From Paramoeba atlantica (lineage: Eukaryota; Protista; Discosea), in contig CDRNVI010000149.1 of the NCBI GenBank assembly GCA_977017575.1, forward strand, positions 434,001 through 498,000: a DNA stretch of 64,000 nucleotides, given 5' to 3'. The position numbers and the translations under genes are program-made. Below, one piece after another: positions 52,091 through 64,000 of this stretch. Each line of letters begins with the position of its first letter. Position 1 is the stretch's first letter. The notes below the pieces were generated by a model. It was not told where the DNA came from and searched no databases. It saw only the letters and a program-made list of their open reading frames with translations.

Positions 52091-53820
52091 ATCTCTTTTT
52101 TTCTTGAGGTTTATTCTTTTTTCTTTCTCTTTTTTTTTTTTTTTTCTTTTCTTTCTTTTTTTTTTTCTTTTTTTTTTCTTTTTGTTTTTGTTTTTTTTTT
52201 TGTTTTTTTTTGTTTTTTTTTTGTTTTTTTTCCTATTTTTCTTTTGTTTTTTCTTCTTTATCTTTTCCTCTTTATCTTTCCTCTTTTTAATCTTTTCCCC
52301 TCTCTTCTCTTTTTCTCCCTTTTTCCTTCTCTCTTTCTTTTCTCTTTCTTTTCTTTTTCTTTTCTTTTTCTTTTCTCTTTCTTTTCTCTTTCTTTTCTCC
52401 TTAACACAGGAAAGTTGTTTAATTGAAGAGAGTGTAATTCACGTTTTAAAAAATGGTCCTTTTTTCTTCATTGGTTTTTTTTTCTTTTTTTCTTTGTTTT
52501 TTTTTTCTTTTGTTTTTTCTTTTTTTGTGTGTTTTTCTTTTTTTTCTTTTTTTTTTCTTTTCTTTTATCTTTTGTTTTTTGTCTTCTTTATCTTTATCTT
52601 TCCTCTTTTTAATCTTTCTCCCCCCCCTCTTCTCTTTTCTCCTCTTTTCCCCTCTTTCTCCTTCTCTTTTCTTTTCTTTCCTTCTCTTTCTTTCCTTTTA
52701 AAACAGTGAAGTCGTTGAATTAGAAAAGAGTGAAATCACAGATCAAAAAAAATCCTTTTTCACAGTTTTTTTCTTTTCTTTTTTCTTTTTCTTTGTCTTT
52801 TCTGTCTTTGTTTTTCTTTTTTTCTTTTTTTTTTCTTTTTTTTCTTTTCTTTTTTTTTTTCTTTTTTTCTTTTTTTTTTCTTTTTTTTTTCTTTTTTTTC
52901 TCTTTTTTCTTTCTTTTCTGTCTTTGTTTTTCTTTTTTTCTTTTCTTTCTTTTTTTTTTCTTTTTCCTTTTCCTTTTTTTTCTTTTTTTTTCTTTTTTTT
53001 TCCTTTTTTTTCTGTCTTTGTTTTTCTTTTTTTCTTTTCTTTCTTTTTTTCTTTTTTTTTCCTTTCTTTTCTGTCTTTGTTTTTCTTTTTTTCTTTTCTT
53101 TCTTTTTTTCTTTCTTTTTTCCTTTTCCTTTTTTTCCTTTTTTTTGTTTTTTTTTTGTTTTTTTTGTTTTTTTTTGTTTTTGTTTGTTTTTGTTTATTGT
53201 TCTTTTCTTTTCTTTTCTTTTTTTTGTTTTTTGTTTGTTTTTTTATTTTATTTTTTTCCCTTGTTTTCTTTTCTTTTTTTTGTTTTTTGTTTTTTTTTTG
53301 TTTTTTTTTGTTTTTTTTTTGTTTTTTTTTGTTTTTTTTTGTTTTTTTTTGTTTTTTTTTGTTTTTTTTTTGTTTTTTTTTTTTGTTTTTTTTCCTTTTC
53401 CTCCTCTTTCTCCTTTCTTTTCTTGACAAAGCGAAAAGAAAAAGAAAATTATTGGTTTTCTCTTTTTTCTCTTTCTCTTTTCCCTCTTCCTTTCCTTTTT
53501 TTTCCTTTTCCTTTTTTCTTTTTCTTTTTTCTTTCTTTTTTTCTTTTTCTTCTCTTTGTTTCTTTTATCTTTTCTTCTCTCCCGTTCTCTCTTCTTTCTT
53601 CTCTCTCTTTCTTCTCTCTTCTCTTCTCTCCTTTCCTCTCCCCTCCTCTCTTCTCTTTGTTTGTCTCCCCCCCCCCTTTTGAACCCCAAGGGAACATCAT
53701 GTTTTTTTTGTTATTATTATCACACACTCTGATCCTGTGTAGGTTCTATTCTCTTTCTCTCTTTTTCCTCTTCTTTTTTCTCTTTTTCCTTTCATCACCC
53801 ATTCTTATTTTTACTTTTCA
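52091..53820. repeat. Long T/C-rich low-complexity tract with internal duplications
   Basis: Almost entirely T and C on the plus strand, with repeated ttttctgtctttg and tttttttttg units. Confidence 0.85.
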
Positions 53821-54188
53821 GAGCGCAAAGGAATTGTTCTTCTCTCAAAGGACTGGACTTGGAGAGAAGAGGAGGAGGGAAAAAAGTTCGAAAACCCTGA
53901 CCACTCGCTGTCCGTCCACAAGAGAAGAGGAGGAGAGAGAGAGAGAGAGAGAGAAAAATGTGTGGTGTATGTGTGGCATGTTTGATCTTCACCCCCACCC
54001 CCACCCCCACCTCCTCCCAAAAAAAAACAAAAAAAAAGGTGTATCTTTGTATCAAGGTTAATTTTTTTGGTTTTTTTTTTGGAAAATCGCAAACGAAAAA
54101 GAGAGAAGTTGCCACACAATCAAAGTTGGATAAGGAGGGCAAAGAGAAGAGAGACCAAACAACACAAAAGAGGATTATTTCGTGATAG

Positions 54189-54241
54189 TTTTCATACTCT
54201 CTGGGTCTGATTTTTCGAATTAGTACCCCAGAGAGAATGAA
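54189..54241. repeat. 54-bp palindromic dispersed element, copy 4
   Basis: ttttcatactctctgggtctgatttttcgaattagtaccccagagagaatga. Confidence 0.7.
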
Positions 54242-54837
54242 GAATCCACAAAAAAAAAAAGAAGATCCACCAGTCAGTCGGGGGGATTGGGGTGTTGTGT
54301 GTTGTGTGTGTGTTGTTTTGGTGTTAAAAGAAATATCCACGTTTTTTTTTTGAAACAAAATGTCTTTGGTGGTGTGTCTTTCTTGGATTTTAAAAATTGT
54401 TCATCATTGGTTTTTTTTTTCTTTTTTTCTTTCTTTTTTTGTTGTTCTTCTTTTTCTGGCACTGTTTTTCAGGGTTTTTTGGGTCCAACATATTGGTCTG
54501 TGGTTTTATATTAATATTGTCATCTCAATCAAACACCACCTCCCTCCCCCAATATCTTTTTCTTAATTATGTGTGTGGGTCCTTTTTAAAATCCCAATGT
54601 ACAGAATAACTGGTTGTGTTGGGAAGAAGAAAAAAAAAGTATCTTTCACCCCCCCCAACCACACACACTGGATAAAGAAAAGTAGTGTATTGTGTTGGGT
54701 GTCATTCTTCTGCTGCCATCCCAGAAAAAGAAAAAAAAAATTATGAAAAGAAAAATGACTCTTTGGTGAATGTCTCAAAAAGAAAGAAGATTTTTGTTAA
54801 AGTTTCAATTTATATTTTTTTTATACAAGCTTTTTTT

Positions 54838-55983
<1,146 letters not shown>

Positions 55984-58439
55984 CTACTCTCTCTCACCTC
56001 ATCTTTTAACACACAGAGGAGAGAGAGTAGAAGGGAAAAAGAACCTCTCTCTCTCTTTGATGAAGGGAGATGAAAAGCAAAGAATGCGATAAAGAGGTGG
56101 TTTGTGTACTCTCTTCCTCTCCTTTTTTTTTCTCAAACACACTTCTCTTCTCTCGCACTTCTGACCATTTTTTCCCCCTTTCTCTCTCTCTCTCTCTCTC
56201 TTTCTTTCCCCTCTTTCTTTTCTCTTCCCTTTCCTTCACACAGTTTTCAAAGGAACAAAACATAAAAGTGGGGGGAAAGGGTGGTGTTTGCTCACCCATA
56301 TAAAAGACAAATATTAGGGAACATGACAATCGAAAGTGGAGGGACAGTGGGTGAAAGGGGGGAGAGAAGATCACCAGAGAGAGACACCCAATAGAGAGAG
56401 TGATGTTTGTGGTGGATGATCTCTTTTCTTCTCTTTTTAGCCCTCTTGAGACGATGAGCTTGTGTGTGTGTTCTGAGGAGAGGCCTTTCTTCGAGCGTGT
56501 GTTTTGGCGATGATGGTGTAATGTTTGGTGGATACTTCTCTTTTGAAAATGTTGGTTATTCACGAAGAACTTTACCACTGATATATATGTTTCTGCTCTC
56601 TCTCTCTCTCTCCTTTCCCAAAAAATCCATGTTTGGTGTTGTTGGTGTGTGTGATTAGACCCTCTCTCCTCCCTCCTCTCTCTCTCTCCCCACTCTCGCT
56701 GCTGCGCCCTATTCCTCTGTTTCTTATCATTTTTTCGAGGAGTAAAAGCTCTTTCTTCTTAACTTTCTTCTTTTGGAGGGTTCCTTCACCTTCTTTGTCT
56801 CTTGAAATATTTGTTTCTTGGATTGGTGACAGTGATATTGGATCGGATCTCTCTCCTCTTCTTTAAGTGGTATGTCCCATCATAATGAAATCAAATGTCT
56901 TCTTTCTCGAAAAAAATGTGACTTTCTCGACAAAAGGTATACCACGTATCGGACCCTGTATGTATCGTTATACTACACACACACAACACAACACACAATA
57001 AGATTTTTTGCAACACACTGAGAAGGTTACTTTTTTGCATGGATTATTTTTTCTGTCTGTGTTTGGTGTGTTTTATTGTTTACTTTTTTTGTATTTGTAT
57101 CTTTGTGTTTTAAAAATGGGGTGTGTGTGTGTGTTAATGTTGTTTTTATGTTTTTGTTTTGTTTTGTTTTTTGAGAAGAGGAAGGGAAAGGAAGGAAGGA
57201 AGGAAGGGTGTGTGAAAAATTTATTAATTTGTACAAAAAATAGTTTGTTGTCTCTCAAAGCCAAATTCTCAAATTGAAAAAAAGACACGAATCCCCAGAT
57301 TCCACTCCAAAAGTTCATCAAGAAGAAAACAGACAAAAAGAATGAAAAGAATTTAGATCACCAAGATTGGTGTATTAATTGAAAGAAGTGTCCCGTCCAT
57401 TTTGAGGGGAATACGAAATCGTTGTAAATGATTGATGTCCATTTTAAAAGAAGGTTTTGTGTTCTTGTTAATTTGTTCTTGTTGAACTTGTTTTTTTATT
57501 ATTTGTTTTATTTTTTGCTTTTGGTATTTTTGGTATTTGTTTTTGTTCTTTTCTTTTTTGTGGCGATTGGTTTGGTTTGGTTTGGTTGGTTTGTCTGTTA
57601 TTATTGGAAGAGTGTTTTTGTTATTGTATTAGTTATTAGTATTTATTTAATTAAAATTCTCTGATACTAAAATCTGATTCTTCCTCCTCCCCCTTCTCTT
57701 AACTAGTGCGAGGACATCTTTTTTGTTTCCTTTGTTACAAAGACCTCCTTCCAATCACAACCCTTTTTGAAAATATGAGTGGCACAGGTTTCCCTTTATT
57801 TTGTGTTTTGTTGTTTCAGTGTTTCAGTGTTTGGTTTGTTAGTTATTTGATTGTGTGGATTTGTTTATCTTTTTTAGTATGATGATGTGATTATTCTGTT
57901 GTGTTGGTTTGTTGTTGGTTTGTTGGTTTGTTGGTTTGTTGGTTTGTTGGTTTGTTGGTTTGTTTGTCGTTTTGTTTGTTGTTGTTGTGTCATTCAGTGT
58001 TACTTTTGTTTTGTTTGTTGTGATTGTGATTGTTGTGATTGTAGTTAAGTTATAGTTGTTGTTGCTGTTGTTTATGATTGTGATTGTTGTTTGTTGTTTA
58101 TTGTTTATTGTTTGTTGGTTGTGGTTATTTGCTGTTATTGTTGTTATTATGATTGTTGGTTTGTTATTGTGATTGCAATTGTTATGATTGTTGTTACTAT
58201 TTTTTATAATCATTATTGTTATTATTGTATTGTTATGATTGTTGTTGTTATTTGATTGTTATTGCTTTTATTATCATTGTTAATTGTTAAATTGTTAATA
58301 ATAGAATGGGGACATCTTTGTTTCTTTGTTATAAGACTCCCTCCACAGGCCTTTTTTTCTATTACTCCGTTCCCAACAATCCCGACTATTGTGCCACCGC
58401 CAGGTTTTTCTCTTTTTTCCTTCTTTTATTTTGTGCTTG

Positions 58440-59360
58440 TTTTTGTTTTTGTTAATGGTATTGCTGTTGTGGGTGGTGATGATATTTTGATTGTGTTGTT
58501 ATTTGTTGTTATTTGTTATTTGTTATTGGTATTCTTGTTGTTCTTGTTGTTCTTGTTCTTGTTCTTGTGTTGTTATTGTTGTTATTGTTGTTGTTATTAT
58601 TGTTGTTATTGTTATTTGTTATTCATCTTGTTATTCTTGTTCTTGTTGTTGTTCTTGTTGTTATTTGTTGTTATTTGTTGTTGTTATTTGTTATTCGTCT
58701 TGTTATTCGTCTTGTTATTCTTGTTGTTCTTGTTGTTATTCTTGTTGTTATTCTTGTTGTTATTCTTGTTGTTATTCTTGTTGTTATTTGTTGTTATTTG
58801 TTGTTATTTGTTGTTATTTGTTGTTATTTGTTGTTGTTTGTTGTTGTTGTTTGTTGTTATTTGTTGTTATTTGTGTTATTTGTTGTTGTTATTTGTTATT
58901 CGTATTGTTATTCTTGTTGTTATTCTTGTTGTTGTTCTTGTTGTTATTATTGTTGTTATTATTGTTGTTATTATTGTTGTTATTTGTTGTTATTTGTTGT
59001 TGTTATTTGTTATTCGTATTGTTATTCTTGTTGTTATTGTTGTTATTATTGTTGTTATTATTGTTGTTATTATTGTTTTTATTGTTATTTGTTATTCGTC
59101 TTGTTATTTTTGTTGTTCTTGTTCTTGTTGTTGTATTGTTTTATTGTTGTTATTATTGTTGTTATTATTGTTATTATTGTTATTATTGTTATTTGTTATT
59201 CGTATTGTTATTCTTGTTGTTCTTGTTGTTGTTCTTGTTGTTGTTCTTGTTGTTGTTCTTGTTGTTGTTCTTGTTGTTGTTCTTGTTGTTATTTGTTGTT
59301 ATTTGTTGTTATTTGTTCTTTATTGTTGATATTTGTTATTGTAATTATAATTGTTGTTGA
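58440..59360. repeat. Degenerate (GTT/ATT/CTT)n trinucleotide microsatellite
   Basis: About 900 bp of gtt/att/ctt triplets with attt phase shifts. Related GTT-rich DNA extends left to ~57800. Confidence 0.9.
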
Positions 59361-60654
59361 TTTTTTTTTTGTGTGTGTTGTGGTTATGTTGTGTTCGTAA
59401 TTTTAACCAATTTTTCACAGAAAAACACAAAAAAAGAGAGAGTGTGTGGAATCATCAAGACAAAGATGTGGGTTGGGGATTTTTGGAGGGAGCGAGCCAC
59501 ATATAATGGTTGGTTGGTTCTTTTTGTTCTTTTGTAATATTTATATTTCTGTTTTGTTGTAATAATATTTTTTTAGTTGGTTAATTTGTCTTCTGTTTTT
59601 TGTTTGGAGGGGTGATGTGTGTGTATTTAATCAGTGTTTTGTTTGTTTGGTTTGTTTGGTTTTGTTGGAGTTAAATATTATTATTGTTAATTGTTTTTGG
59701 TCACTTTGTTGGTAGTTGGTACATCAGTGTTTTTGTGTATTGGTTGTGCATTGGTTGTGTGTGTAAGTTGGTTGTGTGTTGTCTTGTGTACACACATTTT
59801 TCAAGGTTTATTGTTTGTTTGAACCAAACAATCAAAAATGACAATAAGGTTTTCTTTTTTTTTTCGTCTTTCTTTCGTTTCGTCCTTTTTGTTCTTTTTT
59901 TTTGTTCTTTTTTTCTTTTTTTTCTATCTCCCTTTTTCTTCTTTTTCTTTTTTTTTTTTTGATGTTGGTGTTGGTCTTGTATGGGGTGTGCTTTTTTCTA
60001 GAAGGGGTTTTAATTGATGTGCAGGTTTTTCTTTTGATTTTTCTTTTGATTTTTTTTTTTTGATTTTTTGGTTTCTCTTTTTTTTAAGATCCAAAAAGAC
60101 ACACTATGGTTTTTCTCTTTCTGTTTTTTGTTAATATAAATGAGGTTTGCTTTGTGGGGACGGTTTGGGTTTTTCGTTCGATAAAATGGTGAATGTAGGT
60201 GTTTTTGTGGGAATTGTGTACCTTTTTTCTGTGGTGGCGCACCTTGTTTTTTTTTTTGGAGGGGGGGGGGTCTTTAATTGGGAGGGGGTTTGTTCAAGTT
60301 TTTAGAAAGGAAGAACACACTGTTTTGTTGAGATTTAAAAGACTAAAAAGGTTATAATATTTGTTCACATAAACAAATGTTGCAGCCTCTTTGGGAATTT
60401 TCCAGAATGGACATGAAGATTGGGTTTTGACTCGCACACCACCCTCCATAAATACTTTGTGATGGATAAACTAGGCACAGTAGCACCAATTTTGTTGGGG
60501 GGGGGTGAGGGACATATTGCCAAAATACATAATTTCCACAATTATTTTTCAATTTGGTTGGCGACTTGAAGGAAGGGGGGGAGGTTTTCGTGGTGGTCTT
60601 GAATCTCCCCCAATCCTTTTTAAACCCATTTTTTTTTTCGATTTTTATCAAATT

Positions 60655-60727
60655 GCCTCCGTAGCTCAGTCGGTAGAGCGCTAGACTCTTAATCTAGTGG
60701 CCGCGGGTTCGAGCCCCGCCGGGGGCT
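60655..60727 (+). tRNA. trnK-CUU: tRNA-Lys(CUU)
   Basis: Acceptor gcctccg/cgggggc, anticodon arm ctaga-ct-CTT-aa-tctag, T-loop gttcgagcc, T-run terminator. Confidence 0.96.
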
Positions 60728-60889
60728 GTTTTTTTTTTCTTTTTTTTTCTCTTCTCTTTTTTTTCTTTATGTCTTTTCCTGTTGGTTTCGGGATTCTGGG
60801 GCAGTGTCTCCATTGAAAAACAGGAGGAAAAAGAGAAAAATATCATTCAAAACTCCCTCATGGAAGTTATTTTATTGTGGGACACCAAA

Positions 60890-62267
60890 TTATTGGGGGC
60901 CAGTTTGCTCATCTCCAGCATTTGGCTCATCTCCGGCATTTGGCTCATCTCCAATCTCATGAGTTTCAGGAATCCGAGAAGGCAAATCTTCAGAGGACCC
61001 AAACACGAGATTCTGGAAAGTGCATCCCGAAAACGTCACCCCAACAGCGGGTGCAAACACTCTTTGTGGAGCCGGAAGTGGTTGTGATGGAGCTTCCACT
61101 GGAACTGGTGTTTGCACTGGAGCTGGAGCTTGCACTGGTACCCGGAGCTTGCACTGGTGCTGGAGAAGCGCAACTGTGAAAAGCTGGAGCGGAACCTTGC
61201 AGCAACGACATTGTCCGATCTCTCTGTCGAGAAGATTGGCTCAAATACCCACGAGCGACTTTTGTGGTGCTCCATTGTCCCGCATTCAGAAGATCAGTAT
61301 CCGACCCTCCAGACTCAGCAATTGCAGTGGCTGCGCTTCGACGGAACGAGTGTGAGGAAAAATCTCCAGGTATTTGATTGAAGTTGGCAATCTCTTGCGC
61401 CACATTTGACACATGGTTCTTTCCAATAGGTCTTTGCTGGAATTTTCCACTTGGGACATCAAAGCGGTTCCATAAGCGAGTTGAAGGGTCAAAAAAGTCC
61501 GTCATATACGATTTCTCCAAAGCCTCCAAGTGAGCCTCAAATGCGGATTTCAGATCAAAATCCCCTCCAGGAACATAATATTTTTGCTCCCCTCCCGTTT
61601 TTTTGCGAGAAATATCAACCAAAATTCGGTTTTCTGATGGCAGTAAAATCGTGTCACCCACCGTCAAATTCATGATCTCGGACTTTCGACCAAGCGAGTA
61701 GAACGCAAATAAGGCAATCATCGTCTCCTGGTTTTCTTTCAGCTTCAGAGATTCGTCAATTGGTCTCGCACAATATTTTTCCAGTTGTTTGGTCGAAAAT
61801 ACTGCTGCTTTCTTGGGTTTGTGTTGCTTCCCCAGGTACTTTAACAAAGCGTTCAATTCAGGTGTTTTGGCGAAATCAGCACCATGTTTCAAGGACAGAA
61901 ACTTCTTGACGTGCGACATTTCCGGAAAAAGAGAGCCCAAATCGAGGAGACAATAACTGTCAGCTCCCGAGAGATTATACAAAAAATTGGAGAGGTATGA
62001 GATCAATGTCTTCTCATTGTACAATTTCTTGTCTTGTCTCGCGTCCCAGTACAGAAATCTTGAGACAGCGCGTACAAATGCGTCTTTTGAGGCAGCAGAT
62101 CGCATCACTTGTTGCACTCGTGCATCCCCTTCATCAAGACCAAGATCAGTCCATTTTTTCTTTGGAATTCGAGCAATTATCGCTTCAGACACCTTTCTTT
62201 TTTCTTTCTTTGGCTTCTTCGGATCAGGAACAATAAGTTCATCTTTTCCATTTCGATTACGTTTCAT
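60890..62267 (-). CDS. Crypton-type tyrosine recombinase, with a probable 1-nt frameshift near 61141-61143 in the C-terminal tail
   Basis: Catalytic set intact: GRKSE (R), RKKT (K), HSFRRS (HxxR), GQWS (W), RGYL (Y). The HKPKKAAVFS and IGKN motifs resemble Crypton recombinases. Likely start MKRNRNG at 62267; an upstream ATG at 62327 is also possible. The tail continues in the frame of ORF 60890-61135. Confidence 0.88.
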
Positions 62268-62490
62268 CGTTGCAGCAAGGAAAACGAAAAATGCACGAGC
62301 GTCAGGCACGAGAGTGTGACATTTCATAATTCCCTTGTCCTTGTCATGAACTTTATCGCCTGGCTGTTGAAATCACTTGATTCATAAAAAGTGTCACATA
62401 ATTTCCTTGATTTGTCATCATATTTATCTAATTTTTATTTCTTCTTGGCACCAGAATACCCTCAACCGCATGAAAAGACATAAAATGTTG

Positions 62491-62658
62491 AATGTCCAAG
62501 GGAATTCACAGAAAACTCCCTCGACAAAGTGGTCTTTTTTTCTTTCAGGGGTATTTTTGTTCTTTCGGGCCATAGGCCCTCAAGACAAAAATACCCCTCA
62601 AGAAAGAAAAGCCCATGTCTCGGGGAAGTTTTCTTTGTGAATTCCCTTTGGGGACATT
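62491..62658. repeat. 168-bp imperfect palindrome upstream of the recombinase
   Basis: aatgtcc-aagggaattcaca-gaaaact...aggggtatttttgt-(ggccataggcc centre)-acaaaaatacccct...agttttc-tttgtgaattccctt-tggggacatt. Confidence 0.85.
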
Positions 62659-62659
62659 A

Positions 62660-63720
62660 AGAGCTATTTTTTTTCTCGATCGAGAACTGAACTGCTTCTT
62701 TCTTGCTCAAAGGTTTTTCTCTCTTTCTTTTTTCTTTTTCTTTTTTCTTTTTTTCTACTTCGTCAATTTGCTCTTTCAAAGGTTTTTTCTCTTCTTTTTT
62801 TTATTTCTTTTTTTTAAACTGGTCTGAGCTGAACTGCTTCTTTGTTGATCAAAGGTTTTTCTCTCTCTTTCTCTCTTCTTTTTTTTTCTTTTTTTTTTTC
62901 TTCTTTCTTCTTTTTTCTTTTTTCTTTTTTCTTTTTTTTTTTTTCTTTTTTCTTTTTTCTTTTTTCTTTTTTTTTTCTTTTTTCTTTTTTTTTTCTTTTT
63001 CTTTTCTTTTTCCTTCTTTCTTTTCTTTTTTTCTTTTCAAAGGTGGTTTTTTCTCTTCTTTTTCTCTCTCTTTTTCTCTTCTCTTTTTTTTTTTTTTTTT
63101 TTTTGAACTTGGTCTGAACTGAACTGCTTCTTTGTTGCTCAAAGGTTTTTCTCTCTTTCTTTCTCTTTTCTTTTTTTCCTTTTTTTTCTTTTTTTTTTCT
63201 TTTTTTTCTTTTTTTCTACTTCGTCAATTTGCTCTTTCAAAGGTTTTTTCTCTTCTTTTTTTATTTCTTTTTTTTAAACTGGTCTGAGCTGAACTGATTC
63301 TTTGTTGACCAAAGGTTTTTCTCTCTCTTTCTCTCTCCTTTTTTTTTTCTTTTTTTTCTTTTTTTTTCTTTTTTTTCTTTTTTTTCTTTTTTTTTCTTTT
63401 TTTTTCTTTTTCTTTTTTCTTTTTTCTTTTTTCTTTTTCTTTTTCTTTTCTATTTCTTTTTTTTCGAGCTTGGTCTCACTCTTTTTTCTCTTTTTTCCCC
63501 TTTTTCCTTTTTTTTTTCTTTTTTTTCCTTTCCTTTTTCTTTTTTTTCCTTTCCTTTTTTCTTTCTTTTTTTCTCTTTTTCTTTTTCTTTTCTTTTCTTT
63601 TTCTTTTTCTTTTTTTCTTTTTTCTTCCTTTCCTTTTTCTTTTTCTTTTTCTTTTTCTTTTTTTTTTTAGAGCGAGCGACTTCGTCAATTTGCCCTTTCA
63701 AAGGTTTTTTCTCTTCTTTT
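62660..63720. repeat. T-rich ~461-bp tandem repeat with short conserved cores
   Basis: cttcgtcaatttg starts at 62758, 63219 and 63680. aactggtctgagctgaactg starts at 62817 and 63277. Confidence 0.7.
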
Positions 63721-64000
63721 AGCCTGGGCCTGTAGCAAGATTGCACACCAGCCTTTTTGAGGGTGCGAAAAGAAGAGGTCTTTTTGACCCTTGATTTACC
63801 TCTTCTTTTTGGATTTGTGTTTGTGATTGGTCAAAATCAGTGAAAGTCCACTTGCAATTGGGTCCAGGTGTGGGGACGTAATAAAGTCGCCAGAGCAATG
63901 GTTGTCACTTGGTTCATTTTTCTGTTTCCATTCTTTTGGAATTTTTTCGAAAAAAATGGCCTCTGTTGAAGCGATGTTTCTCTGCAACAAAAAGCATTAT

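Noticed and set aside
50695-54061. Long F/L/S-rich and K/R/E-rich ORFs (also at 5028-5555, 9200-12700, 48518-49269, 58256-59400)
   Set aside because: They are products of stop-free simple-sequence tracts, open in several frames and on both strands, with no domain signal.

Overview
Eukaryotic genomic DNA, probably from a protist. An amoebozoan is my guess from the AT-rich rDNA and TC-rich low-complexity spacers; it is not established. From left to right the window holds: the 3' 2.5 kb of an LSU rRNA gene; a cluster of four tRNA genes (Gly, His, Thr, Met); a belt of decayed, CpG-depleted transposons (piggyBac-like, L1-like) and LRR-like fragments; a 13.4-kb near-perfect satellite built as a 386-bp dimer of 193-bp monomers; a CRE-like RLE retrotransposon ending next to a 5S rRNA gene, which carries a SINE that in turn carries an intact pogo transposon; a PB1/coiled-coil gene with one in-frame TGA; a tri-ubiquitin gene; and tRNA-Lys followed by a Crypton-type tyrosine recombinase with a 168-bp palindrome upstream. 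The strongest unexpected signal is two independent, TSD-flanked insertions of one LINE family about 130 bp downstream of two different tRNA genes, in the same orientation, as in Dictyostelium TRE3 elements. Two other mobile-element classes also sit just downstream of Pol III genes, and a 54-bp palindromic element is dispersed in four copies.
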